In this document: piece by piece, positions 8,340-16,853 of the stretch
Position numbering within the stretch: the first letter of the stretch is position 1
Layout of the letters: every line of letters begins with the position of its first letter
Source of the DNA: a virus
Lineage: Duplodnaviria > Caudoviricetes
IMG/VR virus record: IMGVR_UViG_3300031732_000201
Location: 1 to 24,379 of that record
DNA length: 24,379 bases
Direction: 5' to 3' (one strand)
Made by a program: the position numbers and the translations under genes
The notes under the pieces: generated by a model
Told to the model about the DNA's origin: nothing
What the model saw: the letters and a program-made list of their open reading frames with translations, nothing else
The model's database searches: none

Positions 8340-9893
8340 ATGAGTATCAACGAACACGAAGACGACGGTGGGGAACAGGCATCGAACCGGTCAGTTTCGA
8401 TGGACGATGTCGACGACCTCGACGACCAGCAACTTCAGTCGCTCGCGTCGGACCTCGTACGACGAACCGCTATTGCGTCGGCGATGGGGCAGTCGTTCGG
8501 ACATATCGACGACCGCGATTACTTTGACACCCTCGGCTACCCCGGTCGATCTGAACTCACTATCGACGACTACTGGGCGAAGTTCGAGCGCGGCGGTATC
8601 GCCGAGACCATCATTACGGCGCCGTCCGGGCAGACGTGGTCGGACGTCCCCGATACCTTCGACGACGGAACGCCGGAAGACGACAACGACCAGAGCGCGT
8701 TCGAGCGCGACGTCGAAAGCCTGTTCGACGATACCGGCGCGCTGCACCACCTCGAACGCGCCGACACGCTTCAGCGCGTCGGGAAGTACGGTATCCTGCT
8801 CATCGGGTTCAACGACGGCGGCGACCTTGACGACCCGGTCGACGAGACGCAACTCTCGGGCGACCCCGACGATATCCTGTACTACCAGCCGTTCAGTCAG
8901 AAGCAGATACAGGACTTCGACCGCGAAGACGACCCGCAGAACGAACGGTTCGGGAAGCCGGTCGAGTACGACGTTAACTTCGGCGAGGAACACCCGTTAG
9001 GGAGCGAGACGGTACACCACTCGCGTATCCTTCATATCGCCGAGGGGGGGCTCGAAGACGAAGTCGTCGGGCACTCGGCGTACCGCCCGATTTTCAACTA
9101 TCTCATCGACTTGACGAAGGTCGTCGGCGGAAGCGCTGAAGTGTACTGGCGAGACGCGAAAGCGCGGTTCGTCGCGAACCTCGACGACGAAGCCGGCGCT
9201 CGACCGGACGAAGACAAGATCGCGACGCAGGTCGAAGAAATGGTGAACGACCTTCGCGACGTCGTATGGGGCCGGAACCTCGACCTCGACCGACTCGAAG
9301 GCGGGTCGCCGGACCCGTCCGGGTTGAAAGACGCTATCCTCGAACTCATCGCCGGGCAGACGCGGATACCGAAGCGCCGCCTACTCGGGACGGAACGCGG
9401 CGACCTCGCCTCGACGCAGGACGAAGCCGCGTTCGTCTCGATGATACAGGAACGCCGACAGAAGTTCGCGGAACCGAAGATTCTCCGCCCGTTCATCGAC
9501 CGACTCGTCGAGTTCGGCGTACTCTCACCACCTGAAGGCGACTCGTACGACGTCGAGTGGCCTGACAATTTCGAGTTGACAGAGGTCGAGAAAGCCGAGG
9601 TGATGCAGCGGAAGGCGAAGGCGTACAAAGACGTCGCCTCAATGGGCGACCCCGCCGAGGTCGCGACCGTCGAGGAACGTCGCGACGACGTTCTCGGTCT
9701 CGCGCCCGAGCGCGGGAGCGAGGTCGAGACGACGCCGTCGCCGGACGACGACGCGGTCGACGACGATACCGGCGTCGACGTCGACGGCGACCTCGACGAG
9801 ACAGACCCCGAGGTGGACGAGTTCTTCGATGAATACTTCGGCGACGACGCTGGCGCCGAGGAAGCCGTACCAGACGGGGGTAGCGATCGATGA
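8340..9893 (+). CDS. Portal protein (DUF1073-like)
   Basis: Follows TerL; 517 aa; GKPVEY, VHHSRILH, IAGQTRIPKRRLLG-ERGDLASTQD motifs. Confidence 0.9.
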   Translation: MSINEHEDDGGEQASNRSVSMDDVDDLDDQQLQSLASDLVRRTAIASAMGQSFGHIDDRDYFDTLGYPGRSELTIDDYWAKFERGGIAETIITAPSGQTWSDVPDTFDDGTPEDDNDQSAFERDVESLFDDTGALHHLERADTLQRVGKYGILLIGFNDGGDLDDPVDETQLSGDPDDILYYQPFSQKQIQDFDREDDPQNERFGKPVEYDVNFGEEHPLGSETVHHSRILHIAEGGLEDEVVGHSAYRPIFNYLIDLTKVVGGSAEVYWRDAKARFVANLDDEAGARPDEDKIATQVEEMVNDLRDVVWGRNLDLDRLEGGSPDPSGLKDAILELIAGQTRIPKRRLLGTERGDLASTQDEAAFVSMIQERRQKFAEPKILRPFIDRLVEFGVLSPPEGDSYDVEWPDNFELTEVEKAEVMQRKAKAYKDVASMGDPAEVATVEERRDDVLGLAPERGSEVETTPSPDDDAVDDDTGVDVDGDLDETDPEVDEFFDEYFGDDAGAEEAVPDGGSDR

Positions 9894-10279
9894 ATGCCAA
9901 AGACGCGCTTGACCGAGGCGAGGCGATCGACGTCCACCCGGTCGTACGGAATGTGATAATCATCGCCCTCGGCGTTCCGCCGATACTCGTCTTGTGGGCG
10001 GTCGGTATCGCCGCCGTCGGTCTCGCGTATCGAGTCGTCGAGACCGGGACGCTACCGGACGGCGTCGGCGCGCTTCCGGCGGTCGCGCAGAGCGATATCG
10101 CGGCGCTCGCCGTCGCCGGCGCGGTCGCGTACCTATACCTGATTTGGGCGAACGTCGTCTTCGGCGAGTCCGCCGTTGAGAGTGGTATCGAGCAGGCGAG
10201 CGAGTTACAGGAGCAAGCCGAGGAAGCGCGAAGCGACGGCGGAACGACGGACGCCGAGACCGACGACGCGAACGAATGA
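9890..10279 (+). CDS. Membrane protein with 2 predicted TM segments and acidic tail
   Basis: Hydrophobic stretches VIIIALGVPPILVLWAVGIAAVGLAY and IAALAVAGAVAYLYLIWANVVF; ATGA overlaps at both ends. Confidence 0.75.
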   Translation: MNAKDALDRGEAIDVHPVVRNVIIIALGVPPILVLWAVGIAAVGLAYRVVETGTLPDGVGALPAVAQSDIAALAVAGAVAYLYLIWANVVFGESAVESGIEQASELQEQAEEARSDGGTTDAETDDANE

Positions 10280-10734
10280 CGGTTCGATACCTGCCGTGGC
10301 GAGCGTTCCGCCGGGCGCACCGGTTCGTTCGACGCGTCGGCTTTACGGGACCGAAGCCGGATTTGCCGGCGTACGTGATCGAGACGCTGGACGACGACCC
10401 CGTCGCTGACGTCGTCCGGTCTCTCGGCGTTCGCGGATACACGCCGAACTGGGAGTTCTCCTATCGGTATAGAGGCGAAGACCTGAACGTCGCCGATACG
10501 TTCTTCGCGTACGTCGACGGCGCCGACGACGTCCGCTGGTGGCAGACGCACGTACGCGGCTGGCAGATCGACGACCGGTGCGTCGAACTTCTCCCGCACT
10601 TCGAGGCGGAACCGACGGAACACCCTCGGGCGCACCTCGACAGGACCGGGTACGACGTCGAGCGGGGCGTCGAACGCCTCGGTCGGTCACTCGACGTTGC
10701 GAACGTCCGCGTTATTGACGACCCGAGGAAGTAA
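10276..10734 (+). CDS. Hypothetical protein
   Basis: ATGA overlap; globular-looking, His/aromatic-rich (WQTHVRGW, PHFEAEPTEHPRAHL). Confidence 0.7.
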   Translation: MTVRYLPWRAFRRAHRFVRRVGFTGPKPDLPAYVIETLDDDPVADVVRSLGVRGYTPNWEFSYRYRGEDLNVADTFFAYVDGADDVRWWQTHVRGWQIDDRCVELLPHFEAEPTEHPRAHLDRTGYDVERGVERLGRSLDVANVRVIDDPRK

Positions 10735-10737
10735 CAA

Positions 10738-11817
10738 ATGGCTGTAAAGACTACCGTACGCGGCGACCTGAAAGCAAACCTCGCGAGCGTCGCGACTCGC
10801 CTCGGTGGTCTCGACGACGCCGACCCGGACGCGGTCGTCGCGCTGGCGCGAGCGGAACCGTCGGCGAACCGCGACCGCGCGCCGCCGGGACCGTCGGGGA
10901 CGAAGGCGATACAGACCGACTATCAGGCGGACGTCTTCAAGCGGTTCCGCCGACTGAAGGGCCTGATTCGAGAGACTATCGCGAAGAACGACGCGCTTCG
11001 CCTCACCAGCGATAGTTCGCCGGCGTCGCCGACGGCGCCGACGCCGCTCGAAGCGAACGAAGATGACGCCGGCTGGTGGAAGGCGTACGTCGAGGAACGT
11101 CGCGCCGGCGTCGTACAGGCGTCGCCGAGTAACGACTTCGACTTCCCCGACGACGGCGATAAAGTCGACGCCTTCCTGCGGTGGCTTCAGGAAGCGGAAG
11201 ACGACGAAGTTCTCGAAGTCTTCGAGCGGACGAACGCCGGCGACGTCGCCCGGCGGAACGAATGGCAGAACGTGTACGTCCGACGGGCGTACTCGAAGGG
11301 CGCGAAGTACGGGAACGCGCGGCTTCGAGAGCAGGGTCTCGACGTCGACGCCGTCGACGCGCAAGCGCTGTTTAACAAGCCGATACACGCCGACGCCCTC
11401 GGGATTCTCCATACTCGCAACTTCCGCGAACTTCAGGGGATAACCGAGGCGATGGACCAGCAGATATCGCGGACACTCGCCGACGGCTTCTCGCAGGGGT
11501 TTAACTCCCGGAAGATGGCACGCGAGGTCAACGACCGCGTCGACAAAATCGGCTTAACGCGAGCGCGGACGCTAGCCCGGACCGAGACGATACACGCTCA
11601 CAGCGAGTCGACACTGAACCGGTACGAGCAGATAATGGGGCCGGACGCGGAAGTCACCGGTCGCGCCGAGTGGGAGACCGCCGGCGACTCGCGAGTCTGC
11701 CCGATCTGCGCCGGACTCGAAGGAACGACGCGCTCGCTCGACGACGCGCGCGGACTGATACCGATACACCCGAACTGCCGGTGTACGTGGCTACCGGTGG
11801 TGTCGTCCGCGTCGTAA
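10738..11817 (+). CDS. Head morphogenesis/minor head protein (SPP1 gp7 / Mu gpF-like)
   Basis: RARTLARTET, WETAGDSRVCPIC, PIHPNCRC. Confidence 0.93.
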   Translation: MAVKTTVRGDLKANLASVATRLGGLDDADPDAVVALARAEPSANRDRAPPGPSGTKAIQTDYQADVFKRFRRLKGLIRETIAKNDALRLTSDSSPASPTAPTPLEANEDDAGWWKAYVEERRAGVVQASPSNDFDFPDDGDKVDAFLRWLQEAEDDEVLEVFERTNAGDVARRNEWQNVYVRRAYSKGAKYGNARLREQGLDVDAVDAQALFNKPIHADALGILHTRNFRELQGITEAMDQQISRTLADGFSQGFNSRKMAREVNDRVDKIGLTRARTLARTETIHAHSESTLNRYEQIMGPDAEVTGRAEWETAGDSRVCPICAGLEGTTRSLDDARGLIPIHPNCRCTWLPVVSSAS

Positions 11818-12297
11818 CCGGCGACTCGACCTCGACGCCCGATGACACCGACCGCGCCGGCGCCGGTCGGTTGAGGGAACAAGCGCCGGTATCTCCCCGC
11901 CTCAACCCGCGAACCAGAATCGCTCGCCAACTCCCGAGGTGGTACTCGGTCAACGCCGCCGTTCCACCGCCGCAACGTCGGCGACGTGGAACGTCTCGGC
12001 GGCGTTCGAGCGGTCGGCGGGAGTTGGAAGCGCAAACCCCACCGCTCCCGACCCCTTCGAGGTATAGTTCGACGCGGAGAACAACGCGGTCCGCGACACG
12101 AAGGCGCAACATCTCGACGGCTTTCCGTACCTTCTGGTGCCGGAAGCCAGTACGTCGAGGCGACCGGGTTCGAGTCCCGGCGCGGACGTCCGCCGCGCCC
12201 TCGAGGGTTCAAGTTTCTCATCCGGCGTGGCACTCCCGATGACCGACGGCGTAACCCGCCGCCGTTTGCGAGGGTCGAGCGGGTTCGCGACGCGACT
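11818..12297 (+). ncRNA. Candidate large structured RNA / structured intercistronic leader (two K-turns, long hairpin, tRNA-like domain)
   Basis: 480-nt gap with many manually identified helices, several containing + strand G-U pairs; ends bracketed by complementary segments. Confidence 0.65.
12089..12188 (+). ncRNA. tRNA-like element (not a canonical tRNA)
   Basis: Acceptor GTCCGCG/CGCGGAC; T-arm CCGGG-TTCGAGT-CCCGG; 4-nt variable linker; extended stem CTCGACG/CGTCGAG in place of the anticodon arm; no D-stem. Confidence 0.7.
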
Positions 12298-14181
12298 ATG
12301 AACGCGAAACCAGAAGCGGTCCGGTACCTCGACGTCGACGGTAGCACTCGGCGGTTCGCTACCAACGACGGCGATTACTACGGGACCGTCACGATACAGG
12401 TCGAACCCGACCCCGGAGCGGTCGAGGTTCGAGAGCTCCGGGGCAAGAAGCATCTCGTCGCCCCGGTGGTCGCGGTCGCGGAAGGTATCTTAAATGGCGG
12501 CTTCCTCCCGTTCAGGGAGATAGCGAAGTCCGCCCCCGGCTGGAACGGCGTTCCGGTCACGGTCAACCACCCGGAAGACGACGACGGGAACTTCGTTCCG
12601 GCGAATCAACCGACGACGCTCGAACGTTACCAAATCGGGCAGTTACTGAACATCGAGGCGAATCAGGAGAAACAGGCCCTTACGGGCGAACTCTGGATAA
12701 ACCTCGATGAAATCAAGTGGCTGGTCGAGAACGCCGACCGCCTCGGCGAACTCGCGAAACTCGCGGTCGAGAAGATACGAGACGGCGACCCTCTCGAAGT
12801 CTCGACCGGGTACTGGCACGGCGAGGTACAGGACTCGGGCCGGTTCGACGGCGAGCAGTACGACCGGACGCAGGTCGATCTGCTACCGGACCACCTCGCC
12901 GTGCTTCCGAACGCCGAAGGCGCCTGTAACTGGGAAGGCGACTCGACGACCGTTGGGTGCGGCGCACCGCGAACGAACGCGACGCCCGCCCGGAACGTCG
13001 TCGGCGTCGGCGCTGGCGCGTTCGCCGCGAACTCGACGACCGTTCGAGCGGCGTTCGAGACCGGTATCGACACGGCGTTGATACCGGACTCGCTCGACGC
13101 GACCGACGTCGTCGAGGCGAACCTGCTCGACTCGGCGCGACCCCCCGAGTATTCGGGGACATCGTCGAGCGAGTGGTCGCGACCGTCGCTGGCGGACTTC
13201 GCCGACGCGAACGGTTGGGACGACGTCGATAGCGTCGACGACCTGACCGGCGACCAGCGAACGACGCTCGCGATGCACTCGCTACTCGGCGACGCCGACG
13301 CCGATACGTTCGTCGACGCTACGTTTTTCCCCGTGGTCTCGGCGAGCGGCGACCTGAACGAAAACGCGCTCGACGCGGTCGTCTCGGGTCGCGGCGCGCA
13401 GGCTGACGTCAGCGAGTCGCAGCTCGAAAGCGCTCGCGGCGTCGCCCGGTCGCTACTCGAAGACGAGTTCGACCGAGACCTCGACGACAACGTCGACGGC
13501 TGGCGAGCGACGGCGGCAAACGCCTTCCTTCGGACGCTCGGCATCGACGCCGACGTCCGCTCGCTCGCCGACGCCGACGCCGGACCGGTCGGCGCGAGAG
13601 ATACCGACGCGACCGAGGTATCGTACGCCGTTCACGCGGCGAACTGTAACTGCGGTGGCTGTACCCACGAACCTATGGGAAGCAACGACCCGAACGACCG
13701 ACTCGAACGCCTCGCGAACTCGACCGAGTTCACGGTCGAGGAACTGCGCGAGATGGACGACGACGTCGTCGACAAGATCGACGAATCGCTCAAACAGAAC
13801 AAAGACGCGGACGGCGGTGACGGCGGCGACGGCGGTAGCGGTACCGACGACGACCCAACGCCTGACGCCGTACAGGAGCTCGAACAGAAGATCGACGCGC
13901 TCGAAGACCGTCTCGACGAGCAGAACGAAAACCGTCGCGACGAACTCGTCGAGGCAATCACGTCGCAGACGCGGATGGACGAAGACGACCTCGACGATAT
14001 CGGCGTTCTCGACGATGTCGAAGCGCTCGAACGCGTCGCCGAGAAGTTCGGCGCGCAGGTCGAGACCGTTCCGAACTACGGCGGCCGCGCCGCCGGTACC
14101 AACGAAAGCGACCCGGACGACCTCGAGGTCGAGGTCGGCGGGTACTTCCACGGTCAGGAAGACGAAGGGAGCGCTGACTGA
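12298..14181 (+). CDS. Prohead protease (DUF2213-like) fused to a middle domain and acidic coiled-coil scaffold
   Basis: WNGVPVTVNHP, EVSTGY, PDHLAVL...GAC; C-terminal coiled coil; ATG 12298 preferred because the 11986 extension is Arg-rich and overlaps structured RNA. Confidence 0.85.
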   Translation: MNAKPEAVRYLDVDGSTRRFATNDGDYYGTVTIQVEPDPGAVEVRELRGKKHLVAPVVAVAEGILNGGFLPFREIAKSAPGWNGVPVTVNHPEDDDGNFVPANQPTTLERYQIGQLLNIEANQEKQALTGELWINLDEIKWLVENADRLGELAKLAVEKIRDGDPLEVSTGYWHGEVQDSGRFDGEQYDRTQVDLLPDHLAVLPNAEGACNWEGDSTTVGCGAPRTNATPARNVVGVGAGAFAANSTTVRAAFETGIDTALIPDSLDATDVVEANLLDSARPPEYSGTSSSEWSRPSLADFADANGWDDVDSVDDLTGDQRTTLAMHSLLGDADADTFVDATFFPVVSASGDLNENALDAVVSGRGAQADVSESQLESARGVARSLLEDEFDRDLDDNVDGWRATAANAFLRTLGIDADVRSLADADAGPVGARDTDATEVSYAVHAANCNCGGCTHEPMGSNDPNDRLERLANSTEFTVEELREMDDDVVDKIDESLKQNKDADGGDGGDGGSGTDDDPTPDAVQELEQKIDALEDRLDEQNENRRDELVEAITSQTRMDEDDLDDIGVLDDVEALERVAEKFGAQVETVPNYGGRAAGTNESDPDDLEVEVGGYFHGQEDEGSAD

Positions 14182-14183
14182 CA

Positions 14184-14693
14184 ATGTCGGAAAACACGGT
14201 CATCCTGAACGGTAACATCGTTTCGTTCGCCGCCGACGAAGCGGACGCCGCGAGCGGCGAGACGGATATCACCCCCGGTCACTTCATCGACCTCGACTCG
14301 AACGGCGAAGCGAACCTTCAGTCGGGCGAGGCGACGACCGGACGCGGTCTGATGGCGACGCTTCCTCGCGACGCTTTCGGTCGCGGGAAGTCCGACAAAT
14401 ACAACACCGACGACGACGGCGAGCGCGTTCACTACGCGCACGTCCCGGTCGGCGGCGAGTTCGACGGCTTCCTCGCCGCCGGCGGCGACCTCACGACGGC
14501 GGCGAACGCGAACGTCACCGAGAACGACCTACTCGTTGAGACGGACAACGGCGCGCTCGCGAACTTCTCCTCGGCAGAGACCTCGGGAACGCCCGAGGGC
14601 GCGCTGTACCGCGCACAGGAGTCGGTCGACAACAGCGGCGCCTCGGCTGGCGTCGATAATCAGGTCCGCATCGAAGCGGAACGAATCGCGTAA
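14184..14693 (+). CDS. Capsid decoration/cement protein
   Basis: Between protease and MCP; 169 aa, G/A-rich beta-type sequence (ITPGHFI, GDLT...LLVETDNGAL). Confidence 0.7.
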   Translation: MSENTVILNGNIVSFAADEADAASGETDITPGHFIDLDSNGEANLQSGEATTGRGLMATLPRDAFGRGKSDKYNTDDDGERVHYAHVPVGGEFDGFLAAGGDLTTAANANVTENDLLVETDNGALANFSSAETSGTPEGALYRAQESVDNSGASAGVDNQVRIEAERIA

Positions 14694-14695
14694 CA

Positions 14696-15808
14696 ATGTC
14701 TGCAATCGAAGTGATGGACGAAGGCGGCGTCGACTCCGCCGATAGTCTCTCGGGCGGTAGTGGTATCGCGTACCAGAAACTCGTCGCGCACAGCCAACTG
14801 CGGCTGGCGCGGTATCGGGACGACGAAGAACTCGAACGACAGGCGAAGCAGACGCTCGCCGCGTACCAGAAGCAGGTGTTCAACCGAGGTCTCACCGGGA
14901 ACGACCAACTTCGGAAGGACGAATGGCGGCGGATGAACGACGTCCTGACCGCCGTCGCTCGCGACAACACCATCGGTATCGACACGCTTCGAGACCGTGG
15001 TATCGAAGTGCCGCTCGACCTCGGCGTGACCCGCTTCGAGTGGGGAGACGTCGACCAGTTCGGCGATGCCGAGGTCGACATGGCGGCGACGACCGGCGGC
15101 GGCGAAGACACGCTGAACTACACGAACAACGGCATCCCGCTCCCCATCGTTCACAAGTCGTTCAAAGTGAACTTGCGGAAACTCCGATCTTCGCGGAACC
15201 GAGGCCAGCCCATCGACACCGCCGGCGTCGAGGCGGCGACGGTCGCGGTCGCGCGAAAACTCGAAGACATCCTGTTCGGCGGGAACAGCATCACCGTCGA
15301 AGGCGACTCGGTCGCCGGGATGACGGACTTCACCGACCGCGAAACGGTGTCGGGGAACGCGACGTGGGACGGGGCGAGCGCTGACAACATGATCGACGAC
15401 GTGATGAGTACGGTCGAAGCGCTCGAAGACGCTCGAGCGTTCCCCGGTCAGTCCGGGTACGACTTCTTCATCCACCGCGGCAACTATCAGGAGGTCCGGG
15501 CGAAGAACGCCGGGACGGACGACAAGCGCGGCGTTCTGGAACTCCTGCGCGACCGGCTGGAACAGGAGGCAGATCTGCCGAACTCCATCCGGTTCTTCCC
15601 GTCCGACCGACTCAGCGACGGGAACGCGGTGATGGTGAAGCCGACCGAGCGGCACGTCCAGATGCCGACCGCCGCCGACATCCAGACCGTCCAGTGGGAG
15701 TCGATGGGCGGGATGGTCCAGCACTGGAAGGTGATGGGTAGCGTGATGCCGGCGCTTCGGTCCGACCAGAGCGGGAACAGCGGCGTCGCGCACCTGTCCG
15801 GTCTCTGA
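14696..15808 (+). CDS. Major capsid protein (HK97 fold, Linocin-M18/encapsulin-like branch)
   Basis: Position; 370 aa; LRKDEW, PLPIVHKSFKVNLRKL, VARKLEDILFGG, KVMGSVMPALRSD..GNSGVAH. Confidence 0.88.
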   Translation: MSAIEVMDEGGVDSADSLSGGSGIAYQKLVAHSQLRLARYRDDEELERQAKQTLAAYQKQVFNRGLTGNDQLRKDEWRRMNDVLTAVARDNTIGIDTLRDRGIEVPLDLGVTRFEWGDVDQFGDAEVDMAATTGGGEDTLNYTNNGIPLPIVHKSFKVNLRKLRSSRNRGQPIDTAGVEAATVAVARKLEDILFGGNSITVEGDSVAGMTDFTDRETVSGNATWDGASADNMIDDVMSTVEALEDARAFPGQSGYDFFIHRGNYQEVRAKNAGTDDKRGVLELLRDRLEQEADLPNSIRFFPSDRLSDGNAVMVKPTERHVQMPTAADIQTVQWESMGGMVQHWKVMGSVMPALRSDQSGNSGVAHLSGL

Positions 15809-15819
15809 GGTACTCGAAG

Positions 15820-16473
15820 ATGAGTAAATTAGTCCGGGTTAGGCGAGGGCGGCATCGGCGCGCGAGCGGCGAAGTCTTCGAGGAAGGCGAGGTGTTCAAG
15901 GCGACCGAGACGGAGCTTGACGCGTTCGGCGACCGGTTCGAGCCCGTCGAGGAAACCGACGCGGGCGTCGAAGCGGTCGACCAGCGAACGACTGCCGCCG
16001 ACGGACCGGCGGAAGCCGGCGAGTACCGACTCGTACGAGGCGGGACGCACCACGCCGGCGACCACGTCGTTCAGGAAGGTGAAACCGTTCACCTGTCAGA
16101 AGCCGACGTCAAGGCGTTCGGCGACAAGTTCGAGCGCGTTGACGACGCCGACGGCGCCGACGACGCCGACGATGAAGCGGACGGTAAAAGTGAAACTGGA
16201 ACCGAGTCGAGCGAGAGCGACGTGCAGAGCGGTTCCGGTTCCGAGGCGACCGAGGGCTCGGACGGCGACGAAGACGACGACGTCGCGAGCGAGAACGATA
16301 CGGACGACGCCGACAGCGGCGAGACGGAAGTCGAGACCGACGCCGGCGAGATATCGGCGGACCTTCCCGACGACTATCGCGAGCTCCAGACGCTCGCGAA
16401 GGATGTCGGTATCGACGCACGACAGTCGAAGGCAGAACTCAAAGAGCAACTGCGAGACCGTCGCGAGGCGTAA
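15820..16473 (+). CDS. Post-capsid protein with two N-terminal repeats, acidic linker and C-terminal HeH/Rho_N-like domain
   Basis: Repeats ending AFGDRFEPV / AFGDKFERV; DYRELQTLAKDVGIDARQSKAELKEQL. Confidence 0.75.
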   Translation: MSKLVRVRRGRHRRASGEVFEEGEVFKATETELDAFGDRFEPVEETDAGVEAVDQRTTAADGPAEAGEYRLVRGGTHHAGDHVVQEGETVHLSEADVKAFGDKFERVDDADGADDADDEADGKSETGTESSESDVQSGSGSEATEGSDGDEDDDVASENDTDDADSGETEVETDAGEISADLPDDYRELQTLAKDVGIDARQSKAELKEQLRDRREA

Positions 16474-16476
16474 CCG

Positions 16477-16851
16477 ATGGTGACGCTGGAATCGGGACTC
16501 GACGCCGACGTCAGCGACCTCGACACGATCTTCGACAGCGACCTCGACGACGACGCCAAGAAGTTCTGGTTGAACGTCGCGTACGACTTCCTCGATAACC
16601 GCCTCGACTGGTCGAAGTTCTCGACATCCGAAAAGAAGCGGATGGAAGCGGTCGGCGCCGCCGACGCCGCGTCGAGTCAAGACCCGCGTATCTACCGCGA
16701 GACCGTCGGCGACGCCGACTTCCGGTACCAGCGCGACCTGAACGACACCGATTACTGGAACTGGCTGGTCAACCTCGACCATACAGGGCAACTCCCGACC
16801 GAGAAGGGCGCGCCGGGCGTCGAGTTCAAGACCTTCGGACCGGGCCGATAA
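16477..16851 (+). CDS. Putative head-tail adaptor
   Basis: Position, 124 aa, helical N-half then RETVGDADFRY and TDYW...LDHTG. Confidence 0.7.
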   Translation: MVTLESGLDADVSDLDTIFDSDLDDDAKKFWLNVAYDFLDNRLDWSKFSTSEKKRMEAVGAADAASSQDPRIYRETVGDADFRYQRDLNDTDYWNWLVNLDHTGQLPTEKGAPGVEFKTFGPGR

Positions 16852-16853
16852 CG

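Noticed and set aside
8340-9893. Anti-CBASS Acb1 label sometimes attached to DUF1073-like proteins
   Set aside because: Size, position after TerL and motifs fit a portal; no paired HxT/S phosphoesterase motifs evident
12089-12188. Functional intron-containing tRNA gene
   Set aside because: No U8, no D-stem, no U33-type anticodon loop and no canonical bulge-helix-bulge; kept only as a tRNA-like element
12160-12230. attP/attR site made of a tRNA 3' end
   Set aside because: Lies mid head operon, no integrase in the window, and the 5' acceptor strand is also present; not fully excluded without the host genome
12189-12290. HDV-like (theta) ribozyme 3' of the tRNA-like element; hammerhead or group II domain V cores in either gap
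   Set aside because: Could not build the P1/P2/P3 nested pseudoknot, and found no CUGANGA+GAAA core or AGC-triad domain V by eye
11986-12297. 104-aa N-terminal extension of the protease ORF
   Set aside because: Arg/Gly/Pro-rich, unlike the acidic proteome, and overlaps the structured RNA; ATG 12298 is more plausible
14696-15808. Cellular encapsulin/bacteriocin
   Set aside because: Context among protease, portal, terminase and tail genes indicates a viral major capsid protein
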